A DNA stretch of 64,000 bases from Spirochaetota bacterium. GTDB taxonomy: Bacteria; Spirochaetota; UBA4802; UBA5550. Under the pieces are notes generated by a model, which ran no database searches, was not told the origin of the DNA, and saw only the letters and a program-made list of their open reading frames with translations. Position 1 is the stretch's first letter. Each line of letters starts with the position of its first letter. The translations under genes and the position numbers were made by a program. Positions 28,331-40,751 of the stretch are shown here, piece after piece. The DNA lies in assembly GCA_025457915.1 (NCBI GenBank), contig JALOTL010000005.1:132852-196851 (forward strand), given 5' to 3'.

Positions 28331-28362
28331 GACAATAAAAAGGGATGCATGATATGCATCCC
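28331..28362 (-). terminator. Rho-independent terminator for the SurA_N-like gene
   Basis: Minus-strand GGGATGCAT-atc-ATGCATCCC followed by TTTTTATTG. Confidence 0.55.
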
Positions 28363-28408
28363 TAATATAATCAGCGTTTTATTAATCTGTCAATTAAAAA
28401 TTCAGTGT

Positions 28409-29062
28409 CTACTTTTTGCCCTTTTCCGGCTTATCCTGTTCTTTCTTTTCTTTTTCAGCGCTTTTTTCTTTTAAATGGTTTTTCAGGCCCTCGCGGTTTA
28501 TTTTGTACTGGGCCATCATGTCCATGATGAATTCATTGGATCTCTCTTCGATTTTCTGCATGAAAATCTGCTGCTTGATCCTGTTGATTATGTTTTCGTC
28601 AATCGGAACATTGTTAAAGAGTTTTTTGTTGGAATTATAGAACTGCTCCGCTTCCTGGTCTGTGACTTTGATTTCGTTTTTCAGTCTTTCCATGATGTAG
28701 AAGGTGGATACCGCCTGGAGCTTGGAGAGCTCGACTATCGTATTGAGATCGTCCTTGTTGATGTTTTTATCATCCATGGCCTTTTTATAGAGTATCTTTC
28801 TGCTTATTATAAAATCCAGAAACCTTGCCTTGTTTATGGTCGGATGATTCATCATGGTCGGATCGCCTGAGAGTTTGTCCAGGTCCTTTTTTTCCAGGTT
28901 CAGGAAAAGCTTGTTCTGCAGGTAATAATAATTGTAGAAATCATCCAGGCTGATGACGTCGTCATCTATTTTTGCGGCCCAGTTGTCCTTTTTGCAGGAA
29001 AACAGAATTGATGAAGAAATCAAAACCGCCACCAGCAGTATAAATATTTTTTTTGTGCTCAT
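28409..29062 (-). CDS. SurA N-terminal-domain-like periplasmic chaperone lipoprotein (hypothetical)
   Basis: Track ORF runs to 29110. Likely start MSTKKIFILLVAVLISSSILFSC (lipobox FSC). Helical Lys/Glu-rich body as in SurA/PpiD N-domains. Confidence 0.45.
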   Translation of the reverse strand: MSTKKIFILLVAVLISSSILFSCKKDNWAAKIDDDVISLDDFYNYYYLQNKLFLNLEKKDLDKLSGDPTMMNHPTINKARFLDFIISRKILYKKAMDDKNINKDDLNTIVELSKLQAVSTFYIMERLKNEIKVTDQEAEQFYNSNKKLFNNVPIDENIINRIKQQIFMQKIEERSNEFIMDMMAQYKINREGLKNHLKEKSAEKEKKEQDKPEKGKK

Positions 29063-29120
29063 TTTAAATATCCTTAATAAATAGAATTGGTTGGTTTGCT
29101 TGACATGCACTAAAATGAGA

Positions 29121-32100
29121 TTAAATGAATAGTTGCAACCATTTTTTTATCTCCAGGAGCTTTTTTTCTCCCTCCCTGGCGAGCGGTTTGAATATAAGCG
29201 TCGATTTATCCGACGTGTCGAGTGAAATTCTTTTATCTGTCTGGATGTTTTTTATCAGCTTCTGCATGTTTATCCTGGTTTCCCCGGACATTTTTATGCG
29301 TATGGCCCTTGAGTCTTCCAGTATCTCTTCAATCAGGAGGGAGGAGGCGATGGTCCTGATCCTCTCCAGCTCAACCAGCACGCTTACCTCGTCAGGATAA
29401 TTGCCGAACCTGTCCTTCATTTCCTTTTCGAGGTCATCGATTTCGGAAATCGTTTCGCAGGATTCGAATCTTTTGTAGAATTCTATCTTCTGTCTTTCAT
29501 CGCTGATGTATCCGTCCGGGATGTAAAAATTCGATTTAAGGAACACCGGGGTCCTGTAAATCATCGCCGGCCTCTCGCCCTTCAGGTTTTTTACAGCGTC
29601 CTCGAGCATCTGAACGTAAAGCTCGAAGCCGACTTCCATAATATCCCCGGACTGCTCCCTGCCGAGTATGTTTCCCGCCCCCCTTATCTCGAGGTCCTTC
29701 ATGGCTATTTTGAATCCGCTTCCCAGGTCGGAATATTCGGATATCACCTGCAGTCTTTTCTGGGCCTCCTCGGTCAGCGGCATATGCCTCGGGTAAAACA
29801 GGTACGCATATGCCTTGGTGACTGATCTTCCGACGCGTCCCTTGAGCTGGTATAGCTGTGAAAGGCCGAAGGTGTCCGCGCGGTTTATGATGATCGTGTT
29901 CACGTTGGGCATGTCCAGGCCGGATTCTATAATCGTCGTGCTTGACATGACGTTGTACTTTTCGTTCATGAAATCTATCATTACGTCCTCGAGCTCATGC
30001 TCGTGCATCTGCCCGTGCGCCACGCAGATGGACGCCTCCGGGACCAGCTTTTTGAGGAGCGAGGACTGCGCTTCGATGGTCTGTACCCTGTTATGGACAT
30101 AGAACACCTGGCCGTTTCTTTCGATTTCATTGATGATCGCCATCCTTAAAATGTCCGGATTGTCCTCCAGGACGTATGTTTCGATGGATTGCCTGTTTTC
30201 CGGCGGCGTGGTTATCGTCGACAGGTCCCGTATGCCGGCCAGGGCCATGTGCAGGGTCCTCGGTATGGGGGTCGCGGTCAGGGTCAGTACGTCGACCAGC
30301 GCGCGCATTTTTTTCAGCTGCTCCTTGTGCCTGACGCCGAACCTCTGCTCCTCGTCGATCACGAGGAGGCCGAGGTTTTTTATCGATACGTCCCTTGACA
30401 GAAGCGCGTGGGTCCCGATAATGATGTCGAGTTCCCCTTTCGAGAGCTTCCCCTTTATTTTTTTTATTTCGCCCTGGGTCCTGAACCTGGACAGCATTTC
30501 TATGGTTATGGGATAATCGGCGAAGCGCTTTTTGAACGTTGAGAAGTGCTGCATGGCCAGCACCGTCGTCGGTACGAGTATCGCGACCTGTCTCCCGGCC
30601 ATTACGGATTTGAAGGCCGCCCTTATCGCCACCTCGGTTTTTCCGAACCCTACGTCGCCGCAGACCAGCCTGTCCATAGGCTTCGGGCTTTCCATGTCGT
30701 CCTTGACGTCCTCGATCGCGGTTATCTGGTCCGGCGTTTCCTCGAATTCAAACTTCGACTCGAATTCCTCCTGCCACTGGGTATCCGGCGGATGCTGGAA
30801 CCCCTTCATGCTGCTCCTGGCCGAATAAATCTTTACCAGTTCCTTCGCAATCTCTTCAATGGATTCCCTGACCCTGTCCTTTATCCTGTTCCACGCCGAT
30901 TTTTTTCCCAGGTAGTCGAGCCTGGGTTTTTTGCCCTCGAAACCTATGTATTTCTGGATCATCGTTATCTGGTCCAGTGAAACATAAAGCCTGTCGCTGT
31001 CAGCGTATTCGATCATCAGGAAATCCCTTTCGACCCCGCCGGCCTTCATTCTCTCGATTTTGCTGAAAATGCCGATCCCGTGATTCAGGTGCACAACGAA
31101 ATCTCCGGGTTTCAGGTCGAGGAATGTGTCTATGGGGCGCGAGGTTTTTCTTTTGAACTGCCGTTTTTTCCTGTAGCTCTTGCCGAAGATCTCATGGTCG
31201 GTTATTATCATTACCCCGGGTTCGTGGATTTCCACGCCTTCCTTCAGCGCGCACACGATTATGCTCAGGGGGGAAGACGGATCTGTTTTATCGAAATCCG
31301 ATGAAGGGCTGAACTCGGACAGCAGGTCGAACAGGCGCCTTGCCTGTCCCTCGAAACCGGTGGTTATTATCAGCTTCCAGCCGTCGGAAAGCCTGTTCGC
31401 GATCTCTTCCCTCAACCTCGTTATCTTGCCGTGGAAGTTCTGGATGCTTTTCAGCTGCCACTGCAGTGAATTCATGGACGTGGTGAAGGTCTGGAGCCTT
31501 ATGGCATTATCCCCGATCCTGTCGAAGGACCCGGCGTCCAGAAGGGTATCTGGCGGCAGGCACAGGGTGTCGTTCTTTTTTTTCCTGTACAGCTCGGCGA
31601 ATATTTTTTCAACGGCGCTTTTTTTCGCCATCAGTTCGGCCGCTTCCAGAAAAACGACCCTGGTTTTTTCACCGAAATAGGATTGCAGGCTTTCGGGTTT
31701 GATGACCATCGGGAAGATGTCTTCGATCCCTGGTATCCCGGTAATTTCATCCCTGCTGACCTGCGAGGCGATCTCGTCCGGAAAACCCGATCCCTTTTCC
31801 ATCTCGATTTTCAGCCTGTCGATGAGCGCGTTTTTTTCTTTCTGAAAAAGCAGCAGCTCCCTTCTCGGGAAAATCGTCAGGGAAGGCAGCGGTGACTGGG
31901 AGACCTGTGTTTCAGCGTCGAACTCCCTTATGGATTCGAGGGTGTCCCCGAAGAAATCGAGCCTTACCGGGTTGTCTCGCGACGGGAGGAAGATGTCAAT
32001 TATCCCCCCCTTTACGGCGAACTGTCCGAACGCCTCGACCCTTCCTTCCCTTGTATAACCGTAAGAAACCAGAAGCAACAGGAGATCGTCGAACGGGTAT

Positions 32101-32552
32101 TCTTCCCCCGTAATTATTTCCATGCCTCTCTTCATCAGGAAATCCCTGCCGGGGAGCTTGCGTATCAGCGATTCCACGGACGTTATGATCACGGCCGGTT
32201 TTCCGCTGATCAGCCTGTAAAGGGCCGTAATCCTTTCACGCCCGGTTTTTTCCGTCGCGGATACGTATTCGTAGGGGAGCGTGTCCCATGGCGGGAGCGT
32301 GTATATCAGGCTCTCGTCAATGAAGCAGGAAAGGTCCAGCTGGAATTCATTGATTTTCTGGGAATTTTCCGTGACGATTACCAGCTGGCCCCTCAATCTG
32401 TTGAACAGGGAGGACACGATAACCGGGAATGAGGATTGGGAAACGCCTTCGATGGAAAGGACCTGCCCGGCCGGTTTTACGAGAAGATTTTCCAGCGCTT
32501 TGAATTCCCCGGTTTTTGAATAGGCATCTGTTACCGAACTCAGGATGGGCAT
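29121..32552 (-). CDS. mfd: Transcription-repair coupling factor
   Basis: 1143 aa. UvrB-homology N-terminus; RNAP-interaction domain; superfamily-2 helicase motifs (GDVGFGKTEVA, DEEQRFG); TRCF C-terminus. Confidence 0.9.
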   Translation of the reverse strand: MPILSSVTDAYSKTGEFKALENLLVKPAGQVLSIEGVSQSSFPVIVSSLFNRLRGQLVIVTENSQKINEFQLDLSCFIDESLIYTLPPWDTLPYEYVSATEKTGRERITALYRLISGKPAVIITSVESLIRKLPGRDFLMKRGMEIITGEEYPFDDLLLLLVSYGYTREGRVEAFGQFAVKGGIIDIFLPSRDNPVRLDFFGDTLESIREFDAETQVSQSPLPSLTIFPRRELLLFQKEKNALIDRLKIEMEKGSGFPDEIASQVSRDEITGIPGIEDIFPMVIKPESLQSYFGEKTRVVFLEAAELMAKKSAVEKIFAELYRKKKNDTLCLPPDTLLDAGSFDRIGDNAIRLQTFTTSMNSLQWQLKSIQNFHGKITRLREEIANRLSDGWKLIITTGFEGQARRLFDLLSEFSPSSDFDKTDPSSPLSIIVCALKEGVEIHEPGVMIITDHEIFGKSYRKKRQFKRKTSRPIDTFLDLKPGDFVVHLNHGIGIFSKIERMKAGGVERDFLMIEYADSDRLYVSLDQITMIQKYIGFEGKKPRLDYLGKKSAWNRIKDRVRESIEEIAKELVKIYSARSSMKGFQHPPDTQWQEEFESKFEFEETPDQITAIEDVKDDMESPKPMDRLVCGDVGFGKTEVAIRAAFKSVMAGRQVAILVPTTVLAMQHFSTFKKRFADYPITIEMLSRFRTQGEIKKIKGKLSKGELDIIIGTHALLSRDVSIKNLGLLVIDEEQRFGVRHKEQLKKMRALVDVLTLTATPIPRTLHMALAGIRDLSTITTPPENRQSIETYVLEDNPDILRMAIINEIERNGQVFYVHNRVQTIEAQSSLLKKLVPEASICVAHGQMHEHELEDVMIDFMNEKYNVMSSTTIIESGLDMPNVNTIIINRADTFGLSQLYQLKGRVGRSVTKAYAYLFYPRHMPLTEEAQKRLQVISEYSDLGSGFKIAMKDLEIRGAGNILGREQSGDIMEVGFELYVQMLEDAVKNLKGERPAMIYRTPVFLKSNFYIPDGYISDERQKIEFYKRFESCETISEIDDLEKEMKDRFGNYPDEVSVLVELERIRTIASSLLIEEILEDSRAIRIKMSGETRINMQKLIKNIQTDKRISLDTSDKSTLIFKPLAREGEKKLLEIKKWLQLFI

Positions 32553-32656
32553 TGTCTACTCCGTCCGGACATAAGGAGATGAAGGCGTTATTTTATCAAG
32601 AATTTATTCCCGGTATCCGCCTTCCGCGTCGGCGAACCGGCGGCCGGTCACGGGGA

Positions 32657-33511
32657 TCAGTAATGGTCGGGTTCGGCAAGGTATTTCTCAAGATGCTCGA
32701 TATCGGTAAGCAGACGGTCGATCTCCATCATCGTATTGTTTATGGAGGTATTGGCGTCCTGGAAGAGCTGTTTGTCGTGCTGGGTGGCGTTTTTTACTTC
32801 CTCGATGTTTTTATTTATCATGAAATCCTTGAGCTTGCCCATAATGACTTTCAGGTGGAGGTAGACCTCCTTTATCGTGTTGCTCATCTCGTAATGGTAT
32901 ACGAACTTCATGATCCTTTCCGTGTTGCCGGCCAGGGCCTCTATTATTTTTCTTCCGTTATCGTCCACCTTGGCCTGGTAATAGGTTATCGATCTCGGGT
33001 AATTCACTAGCTCTTTCTGGTAGTTGTCGACCTTGTCGAACATGGCCTCCATGTCTATCTCGTAATCCCTGAATATCTGTTCGAGTTCGTTGGATTCCAT
33101 CTTGTCTTCCAGAATGATGATATTCGAGTTCCTGATGCTCATTATCACGCCCTTTATCCGGTTCCTGTGGGTCCCCATGTTTGAAATGGTCGTGCTGATG
33201 AACCTGTCCGCGTCGAATATTTCACGGGGTTCCTCTTCGGGGGATGATGTATCCGCCGACGTGATTTCATCGGCCCCGTTGGATTCCATCACCCCCATTT
33301 TTTTCCTGGCCAGGAACTGCTTGAGGGCCGCTGCCTCCTTGTCTGTCGCTCTCAGTATTTTGATTATGTCGATTTTTTTCGAGCCGGTGTTGTACTTGAG
33401 ACCGTAGATGTTTCCACGGGCATCTATGTACCTGTTGTTGAGGTCATATACCGATATCTTGGAAGTGTCGATATCCGAAATCTTGCTTATATTTATTATT
33501 TTTCCCTTCAT
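32657..33511 (-). CDS. Hypothetical protein (acidic, coiled-coil rich)
   Basis: 284 aa. No recognisable domain. Likely co-transcribed with the PilZ gene. Confidence 0.45.
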   Translation of the reverse strand: MKGKIINISKISDIDTSKISVYDLNNRYIDARGNIYGLKYNTGSKKIDIIKILRATDKEAAALKQFLARKKMGVMESNGADEITSADTSSPEEEPREIFDADRFISTTISNMGTHRNRIKGVIMSIRNSNIIILEDKMESNELEQIFRDYEIDMEAMFDKVDNYQKELVNYPRSITYYQAKVDDNGRKIIEALAGNTERIMKFVYHYEMSNTIKEVYLHLKVIMGKLKDFMINKNIEEVKNATQHDKQLFQDANTSINNTMMEIDRLLTDIEHLEKYLAEPDHY

Positions 33512-33553
33512 CTTGCCGGTTTATCCGGTGTCGCCTTATTTGTCCTTCGGGCC

Positions 33554-33937
33554 CTATTTAATATCATTTTCGGATATATCGATCTGTTCATTGAATTCAA
33601 CGGCTATGTAAATTTCACCCTTGGACGAGAATTTCAGGAACTTTTTCGCCAGCTCGGTCGGATTGTTTTCCAGCCTGCCTGTCCTGACTATCCTGCCCTG
33701 TATCGAGTATTTTTGTTTTTTGGTGGAAAAGAAAATTCTGACTGGCATGTTCACGGCCACCCTTTGGTTCGAGACCATGAATACGCCGACCCGGCTGATG
33801 TCCAGAATACGGCCCTTGGCCTTGTGAGGCACCGAAATGTCTATGTCGATGTTGTCCGGATTTCCTTCGTAGTAATCGAACTTGACTTTTATCTTGCATG
33901 CGTATCGCGGGTATCTTCTTTTGTCGGACATTTTCAC
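33554..33937 (-). CDS. PilZ-domain c-di-GMP binding protein
   Basis: 127 aa. RRYPRY...DISRVGVF, i.e. the RxxxR / DxSxxG PilZ signature. Confidence 0.7.
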   Translation of the reverse strand: MKMSDKRRYPRYACKIKVKFDYYEGNPDNIDIDISVPHKAKGRILDISRVGVFMVSNQRVAVNMPVRIFFSTKKQKYSIQGRIVRTGRLENNPTELAKKFLKFSSKGEIYIAVEFNEQIDISENDIK

Positions 33938-34234
33938 TCCCCGTTTTTAATCTTTGATTCCATAGTTTTAAAAGTATTGATCCAATATGTCAAGACTTGT
34001 TTGGATTTTGTTGATTAAAAAAGTTTAACTCATTAAAAAATAATTAATTTGACATGGATGAAGATTCCGGATTGATTCTTTGAATATCCTGAATGGAGCG
34101 GCATATCTGATGCCGGCAGCGCCGCCGGTTCGCAATACGCCCGTGCCGGTCCTGATTTATGAACTGTCATGATTTTAAATGGGTCGCCCGATAGGCGTGG
34201 ACACTTTATTAACAATTAACACGGAGGATTTGCC

Positions 34235-35095
34235 ATGATTAACAGGGCTGTTTTCTGCATGCTCATTTCAGTTTTTATCGTTCAGGGATTCATACAGGCA
34301 TCATCCGTCCGCGTGCACGCGGAGACCACGGATGTAATACTGGCGACCACCACCAGCACCCAGGATACCGGCCTTCTGGATGAGCTTCTCCCGGTGTTTC
34401 AGAAAAAAACAGGCTTCAGGATCAAAACCATAGCGGTCGGTTCAGGGCAGGCCATGGCCATGGGGAAGAAGGGGGAGGCCGACGTTCTCCTTGTTCATTC
34501 GCCGGAGGACGAGCTGAAGTTTATGAAGGAAGGCTATGGAAAAACAAGAAGGCTGGTCATGCACAACAATTTCATAATTTCCGGTCCGCCTGAAGACCCG
34601 GCCGGCATTGCGAAATCGGCAAACGCTGCCGGGGCCTTTAAAAGGATTGCCGGGAGCGGGAGTCTCTTTATTTCAAGGGGAGACAATTCCGGGACGCATG
34701 CAAGGGAAAAAGCATTATGGAAGAAGTGCGGCATAAATCCCGAGGGCGGTAAATGGTACCAGCAGACAGGGCTGGGCATGGGGCAGACTCTCAGCGTCGC
34801 AGCAGAGAAAAAAGGATACTGCCTGACGGACATGGCGACCTTTCTGTCGATGAAGGACAGGCTGGGAGTGAAGGCGTTCATGGAGGGCGACGGGAGCCTG
34901 CTCAATATATATCATGTTATCGAACTTGATTCTTCGAGGTTTCCAAAAATAAATTCCCGCGGAGGAAAATCCTTTGCGGATTTCATCGTTTCGCCGGCAG
35001 CGCAGAAGATAATAAATAATTTCGGTAGAGCCAGATTCGGACATCCGCTTTATTATCCGGACGCCGGCAAGACTGAAAAAAGCATAGGCAGATGA
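34235..35095 (+). CDS. tupA: Tungstate ABC transporter substrate-binding protein
   Basis: 286 aa. Signal peptide. ATTTSTQDTGLLD matches the TupA TTTS..D.GLL anion-binding motif. Confidence 0.75.
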   Translation: MINRAVFCMLISVFIVQGFIQASSVRVHAETTDVILATTTSTQDTGLLDELLPVFQKKTGFRIKTIAVGSGQAMAMGKKGEADVLLVHSPEDELKFMKEGYGKTRRLVMHNNFIISGPPEDPAGIAKSANAAGAFKRIAGSGSLFISRGDNSGTHAREKALWKKCGINPEGGKWYQQTGLGMGQTLSVAAEKKGYCLTDMATFLSMKDRLGVKAFMEGDGSLLNIYHVIELDSSRFPKINSRGGKSFADFIVSPAAQKIINNFGRARFGHPLYYPDAGKTEKSIGR

Positions 35096-35099
35096 AGGC

Positions 35100-35798
35100 A
35101 TGGATCTGCTTGCTGACGGAGTGATAAGGGCCTTCCGGCTTATTATAAACCTCGATCCGGAGGTCGCCGAGATCACGCTTCTTTCTCTGCGCATATCCGG
35201 ATCGGCGACCCTTCTCGGTCTGGTAATCGGCATCGCGTCAGGTACCGCCATAGCCCTGGCAAGTTTTCCAGGCAAGAGATTATTAATAAGCGTAATCAAT
35301 ACCGGCATGGGTCTGCCTCCGGTTGTCGTGGGCCTGTTCGTGTCCGTAATGCTTTGGAGGAGCGGACCGCTCGGGTTTATCGGGATGCTTTACACCCCGG
35401 CTGCCATGATAGCCGCGCAGACGATCATTGCCGTACCCATCATCGCCGGGATCACGATAGCGGCCATGCAGAACCTTCCCGAGAACCTGCGGCTCCAGAT
35501 ACTCTCGCTCGGCGCCAGCAGGCCGAGAACGGTATGGATGCTGATGCTGGAGGCCAGGCTGCCGCTTCTTGCAGGAGTGATGGCCGGATTCGGAGGCGCG
35601 GTATCCGAGGTGGGCGCCTCGATCATGGTCGGGGGCAACATCAGGGGTTACTCGCGGGTCCTGACGACGGCAACGGTCATGGAAACCGGCAAGGGCAACT
35701 TCGAGCTTGCCATCGCTCTCGGGATCATCCTGCTGATCCTGGCATTCATCGTAACCGCGGTCCTGACACTCGTCCAGCAGAGGGGAGGCAGAAGATGA
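35100..35798 (+). CDS. tupB: Tungstate ABC transporter permease
   Basis: 232 aa. Five or six TM segments. Position between the SBP and ATPase genes. Confidence 0.75.
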   Translation: MDLLADGVIRAFRLIINLDPEVAEITLLSLRISGSATLLGLVIGIASGTAIALASFPGKRLLISVINTGMGLPPVVVGLFVSVMLWRSGPLGFIGMLYTPAAMIAAQTIIAVPIIAGITIAAMQNLPENLRLQILSLGASRPRTVWMLMLEARLPLLAGVMAGFGGAVSEVGASIMVGGNIRGYSRVLTTATVMETGKGNFELAIALGIILLILAFIVTAVLTLVQQRGGRR

Positions 35799-36895
35799 GC
35801 GATATAATCATCGAAGCCGAGAACCTGATCTCGAGGAGGGGCGCGTTCCGTCTTGACATACCGCGGGTGCGGATTTTTAGCGGCGAAACCCTCGCGCTGA
35901 TAGGACCGAACGGTTCGGGGAAAACCACCTTTCTTCATGCCCTGTCTTTTTTGAAAAAGCCGGAATCGGGCAGGATTTTTTTCCGAGGATTCGAGGTCGG
36001 GACCCGTTCAGACGCCTTCCATGCCAGGAGAAGGTGCGCTATGGTTTTTCAGGATCCGCTTCTTTTCTGCGGGACTGTCGAGGACAACGTTTCCTCGGGG
36101 CTCAGGATAAGGGGGATTCCACGCGCGGAGATAAAAAAAACCGCTGGTGAATTGATGGAAAGGTTCAACCTGTCCCGCCTTGCTTCCAGGCCGTCCCGTG
36201 AACTCTCCGGGGGGGAGGCCAGGAGGACGAGTCTCGCAAGGGCCTTCGCGACCTCGCCGGAAATTATATTCCTTGATGAACCGTTTTCCTCTCTTGACGC
36301 TTCATCGAGAAACGGGCTGATATCATTGTTTAAGATGAACATGAGGGAAGCCGGCATTTCGGCCGTAATTGTCAGCCACGACAGGGAGGAGATACTCGAG
36401 CTTGCGGACAGGACGGCCGTCCTGGAAGACGGAAGGCTGACCGACATGGGGACGACGGAAACCGTCCTCAACAATCCCGTTGATGAATACGTGGCCTCGT
36501 TTTCCGGGATGGACGCCGTTTATTCCGGGAAGGTCATCCGCGGCACCGGCGGCTCAATAACCGTGCGCGTCAACGGCATCGAGGTGGAAGCGGTTTCCGA
36601 CGCGGCGGTCGGCGAGGACGTGGTCATCTGTCTCAGGCCCGAAAACGTGATAGTGTCCACAGTGAGGCAGAAGAAGGGGAGCAGCGTCAGGAATTCACTG
36701 GACGGATCGATAACTGACATCATACAGACCGGGCCTTATTACAGGATCCGCATGGATTGCGGAATAAGGCTTCAGTCCTTTGTGACCCCGGTATCCGTCG
36801 CCAGGCTGCGACTGTCGGTTGGAAAAAGAATAACATCATCCTTCAAGGCGACGTCCGTGCATGTGATACGCAAGGGGCGCCGGTATCCGGTGTAA
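35795..36895 (+). CDS. tupC: Tungstate ABC transporter ATP-binding protein with C-terminal TOBE domain
   Basis: Start ATG at 35795 overlaps the tupB stop (ATGA). Walker A GPNGSGKTT; signature LSGGE; Walker B IFLDEP. The track's 513-aa ORF from 35354 is rejected. Confidence 0.8.
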   Translation: MSDIIIEAENLISRRGAFRLDIPRVRIFSGETLALIGPNGSGKTTFLHALSFLKKPESGRIFFRGFEVGTRSDAFHARRRCAMVFQDPLLFCGTVEDNVSSGLRIRGIPRAEIKKTAGELMERFNLSRLASRPSRELSGGEARRTSLARAFATSPEIIFLDEPFSSLDASSRNGLISLFKMNMREAGISAVIVSHDREEILELADRTAVLEDGRLTDMGTTETVLNNPVDEYVASFSGMDAVYSGKVIRGTGGSITVRVNGIEVEAVSDAAVGEDVVICLRPENVIVSTVRQKKGSSVRNSLDGSITDIIQTGPYYRIRMDCGIRLQSFVTPVSVARLRLSVGKRITSSFKATSVHVIRKGRRYPV

Positions 36896-37030
36896 TTGCG
36901 GCGCCAGGTCCGGGATGAGAGGATGCGTTTCCCGTTATTATTGTTACATCGCGATTAAATTATCCGTGTCATGGAATTTTTTAAGTTTTTTATGTTTACA
37001 TCGGTGTCATTATGTATTATTGTGACATAA

Positions 37031-39138
<2,108 letters not shown>

Positions 39139-39146
39139 ATCCGGGG

Positions 39147-40550
39147 TCAGAAAGAGGACGTCATCCCGATGTATGTGTAGAGGTTGATGTCCGTGGATTT
39201 CACCCTGATGGGAACAATGTTGAAAGTATTCTCCTTTAGATCGCAGTTTGAAAAAAACCGGTCCGTCTTTCCTTTAGTAAAATAAATGTCCGATCCCAGG
39301 AACAGCCTGCTTGACTCGCTCATGAATATGTCGAATCCGAGCATGGAGCCGTATGTGGTGTTATAGCTCTTGGTGATGTCCTGGAAGAGTTTACCCTGTG
39401 AATACTGGCCGGTTTTTATGCTTGAATTCACCATCATGCCGCCGGCGGAAATTGCGAACGATGATGAAAGGCTGAATTCCATGCCGAACCTTAAAACAAG
39501 AACTGGATCGGACGTAATAAGGGTCTTGGTCTTTACAAGGTTGCCCGGATCGCCGCCCAGGGGCATTATATAATCCTTCAGCCTGAATCTCATCGAGGTC
39601 TGGAGCTCGGTTTCAACAACCAGCTTTAAAAAGTCCAGGACCTGGCTGCTTGCGCCCGCGGTGACGGAAATGTCCCTTGCGTAACTGGTGCTGAAATCCC
39701 TTCTTCCATTCAGCTTAAACCCGGGTATGTAATCAGTCATGGTGTTGCTGTATCTGATAAAGCTCAATTTCGTGTCCGAATCGCGCCAGAAAAGCCTGCC
39801 GGATTTGATCATGATCCCGACCTGGTTGCTTCCGTCAGCGTAAAGGTAGCCAAGGGCGAGCTCTGATGAATACTGCCTGGAGATCGTACCTGTTGTGGCG
39901 GTGGATAATTGGTTCCCGTTTAAAATCATTGCCGGCACCAGGTATTTGACCTCCGAGGTCTTCATGTTCATGACGGAATTGCTGTATGCTCCTGACGTCG
40001 TTATCTGCAGGCCAAGGTGGCTTTTTTCAGTGGTTTCGAAGGCCGCTGATATTACGCAGGCGAGGTCCGCTTTTTTGTCTCTGGTCATTTGCTTGTTCAC
40101 TGAAAGCTGTAGATTGGAGCTGCTTGGATCAAGCATGAACATGTTGTACGTGGATTCTGTTTTTTCCATACTCAGGCTGTTGCTGGATTTTGAATTCAGC
40201 CCGATCCCCAGCGTCAGGCCTCCTATCTTTCTGACATATGAAAGATACAGCGAGGGGTTTACCGAGGATTTTTTTTTGACAGCCCCTGTCAGTATACTAT
40301 TGATCATCATGCTGATATTATTGTTGAGTGGCAGGACCCTGAAATCGGCACTGTATGAATAATAGGGAATGTATTTGGCAAGGAATCCGATCGAATTGTT
40401 GTCTTTCTGGAGGCTTATAAGCGCTGGATTTCTCAATACATCAAGAGATCCGTCCTGAATCACGCTTTTCACGCCTCCGGTGGAATAGGAGCTTGCCAGC
40501 GCCTCAATCCCGCCCACTGCGGATAAAATCAATATTATTAGAATTAGTTT
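39147..40550 (-). CDS. Outer membrane beta-barrel protein, hypothetical
   Basis: Track ORF runs to 40595. Likely start MKKLILIILILSAVGG. C-terminal ...YTYIGMTSSF with terminal Phe. Ser/Gly/Tyr-rich. Confidence 0.5.
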   Translation of the reverse strand, partial: KLILIILILSAVGGIEALASSYSTGGVKSVIQDGSLDVLRNPALISLQKDNNSIGFLAKYIPYYSYSADFRVLPLNNNISMMINSILTGAVKKKSSVNPSLYLSYVRKIGGLTLGIGLNSKSSNSLSMEKTESTYNMFMLDPSSSNLQLSVNKQMTRDKKADLACVISAAFETTEKSHLGLQITTSGAYSNSVMNMKTSEVKYLVPAMILNGNQLSTATTGTISRQYSSELALGYLYADGSNQVGIMIKSGRLFWRDSDTKLSFIRYSNTMTDYIPGFKLNGRRDFSTSYARDISVTAGASSQVLDFLKLVVETELQTSMRFRLKDYIMPLGGDPGNLVKTKTLITSDPVLVLRFGMEFSLSSSFAISAGGMMVNSSIKTGQYSQGKLFQDITKSYNTTYGSMLGFDIFMSESSRLFLGSDIYFTKGKTDRFFSNCDLKENTFNIVPIRVKSTDINLYTYIGMTSSF

Positions 40551-40751
40551 TTTCATTATTTTACAAAATAATAAACAAGTATATTCATTTATCAACTCAA
40601 GTCAAATATATTTCTTTGAACAAAAATTATATTTTTTATCAGTTTGCATGCTTATCGGGCATAGGTTATTCCAATAAATTATTATTGATAAAAACAATAT
40701 TGTTTTTTTATCTTGATTTATGTATTTTTTGTTATATATATCATAAATATC

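Noticed and set aside
29121-32552. Numerous 60-170-aa ORFs on the opposite strand of mfd (and similarly inside 50743-55101, 59187-61211 and 44542-47686)
   Set aside because: High-GC coding regions generate long antisense ORFs. All are fully contained within well-supported genes and lack motifs.
35354-36895. 513-aa ORF in the track for the ABC ATPase
   Set aside because: The first ~147 codons are an out-of-frame read-through across tupB. The real start is ATG at 35795, overlapping the tupB stop, right before the Walker A region.
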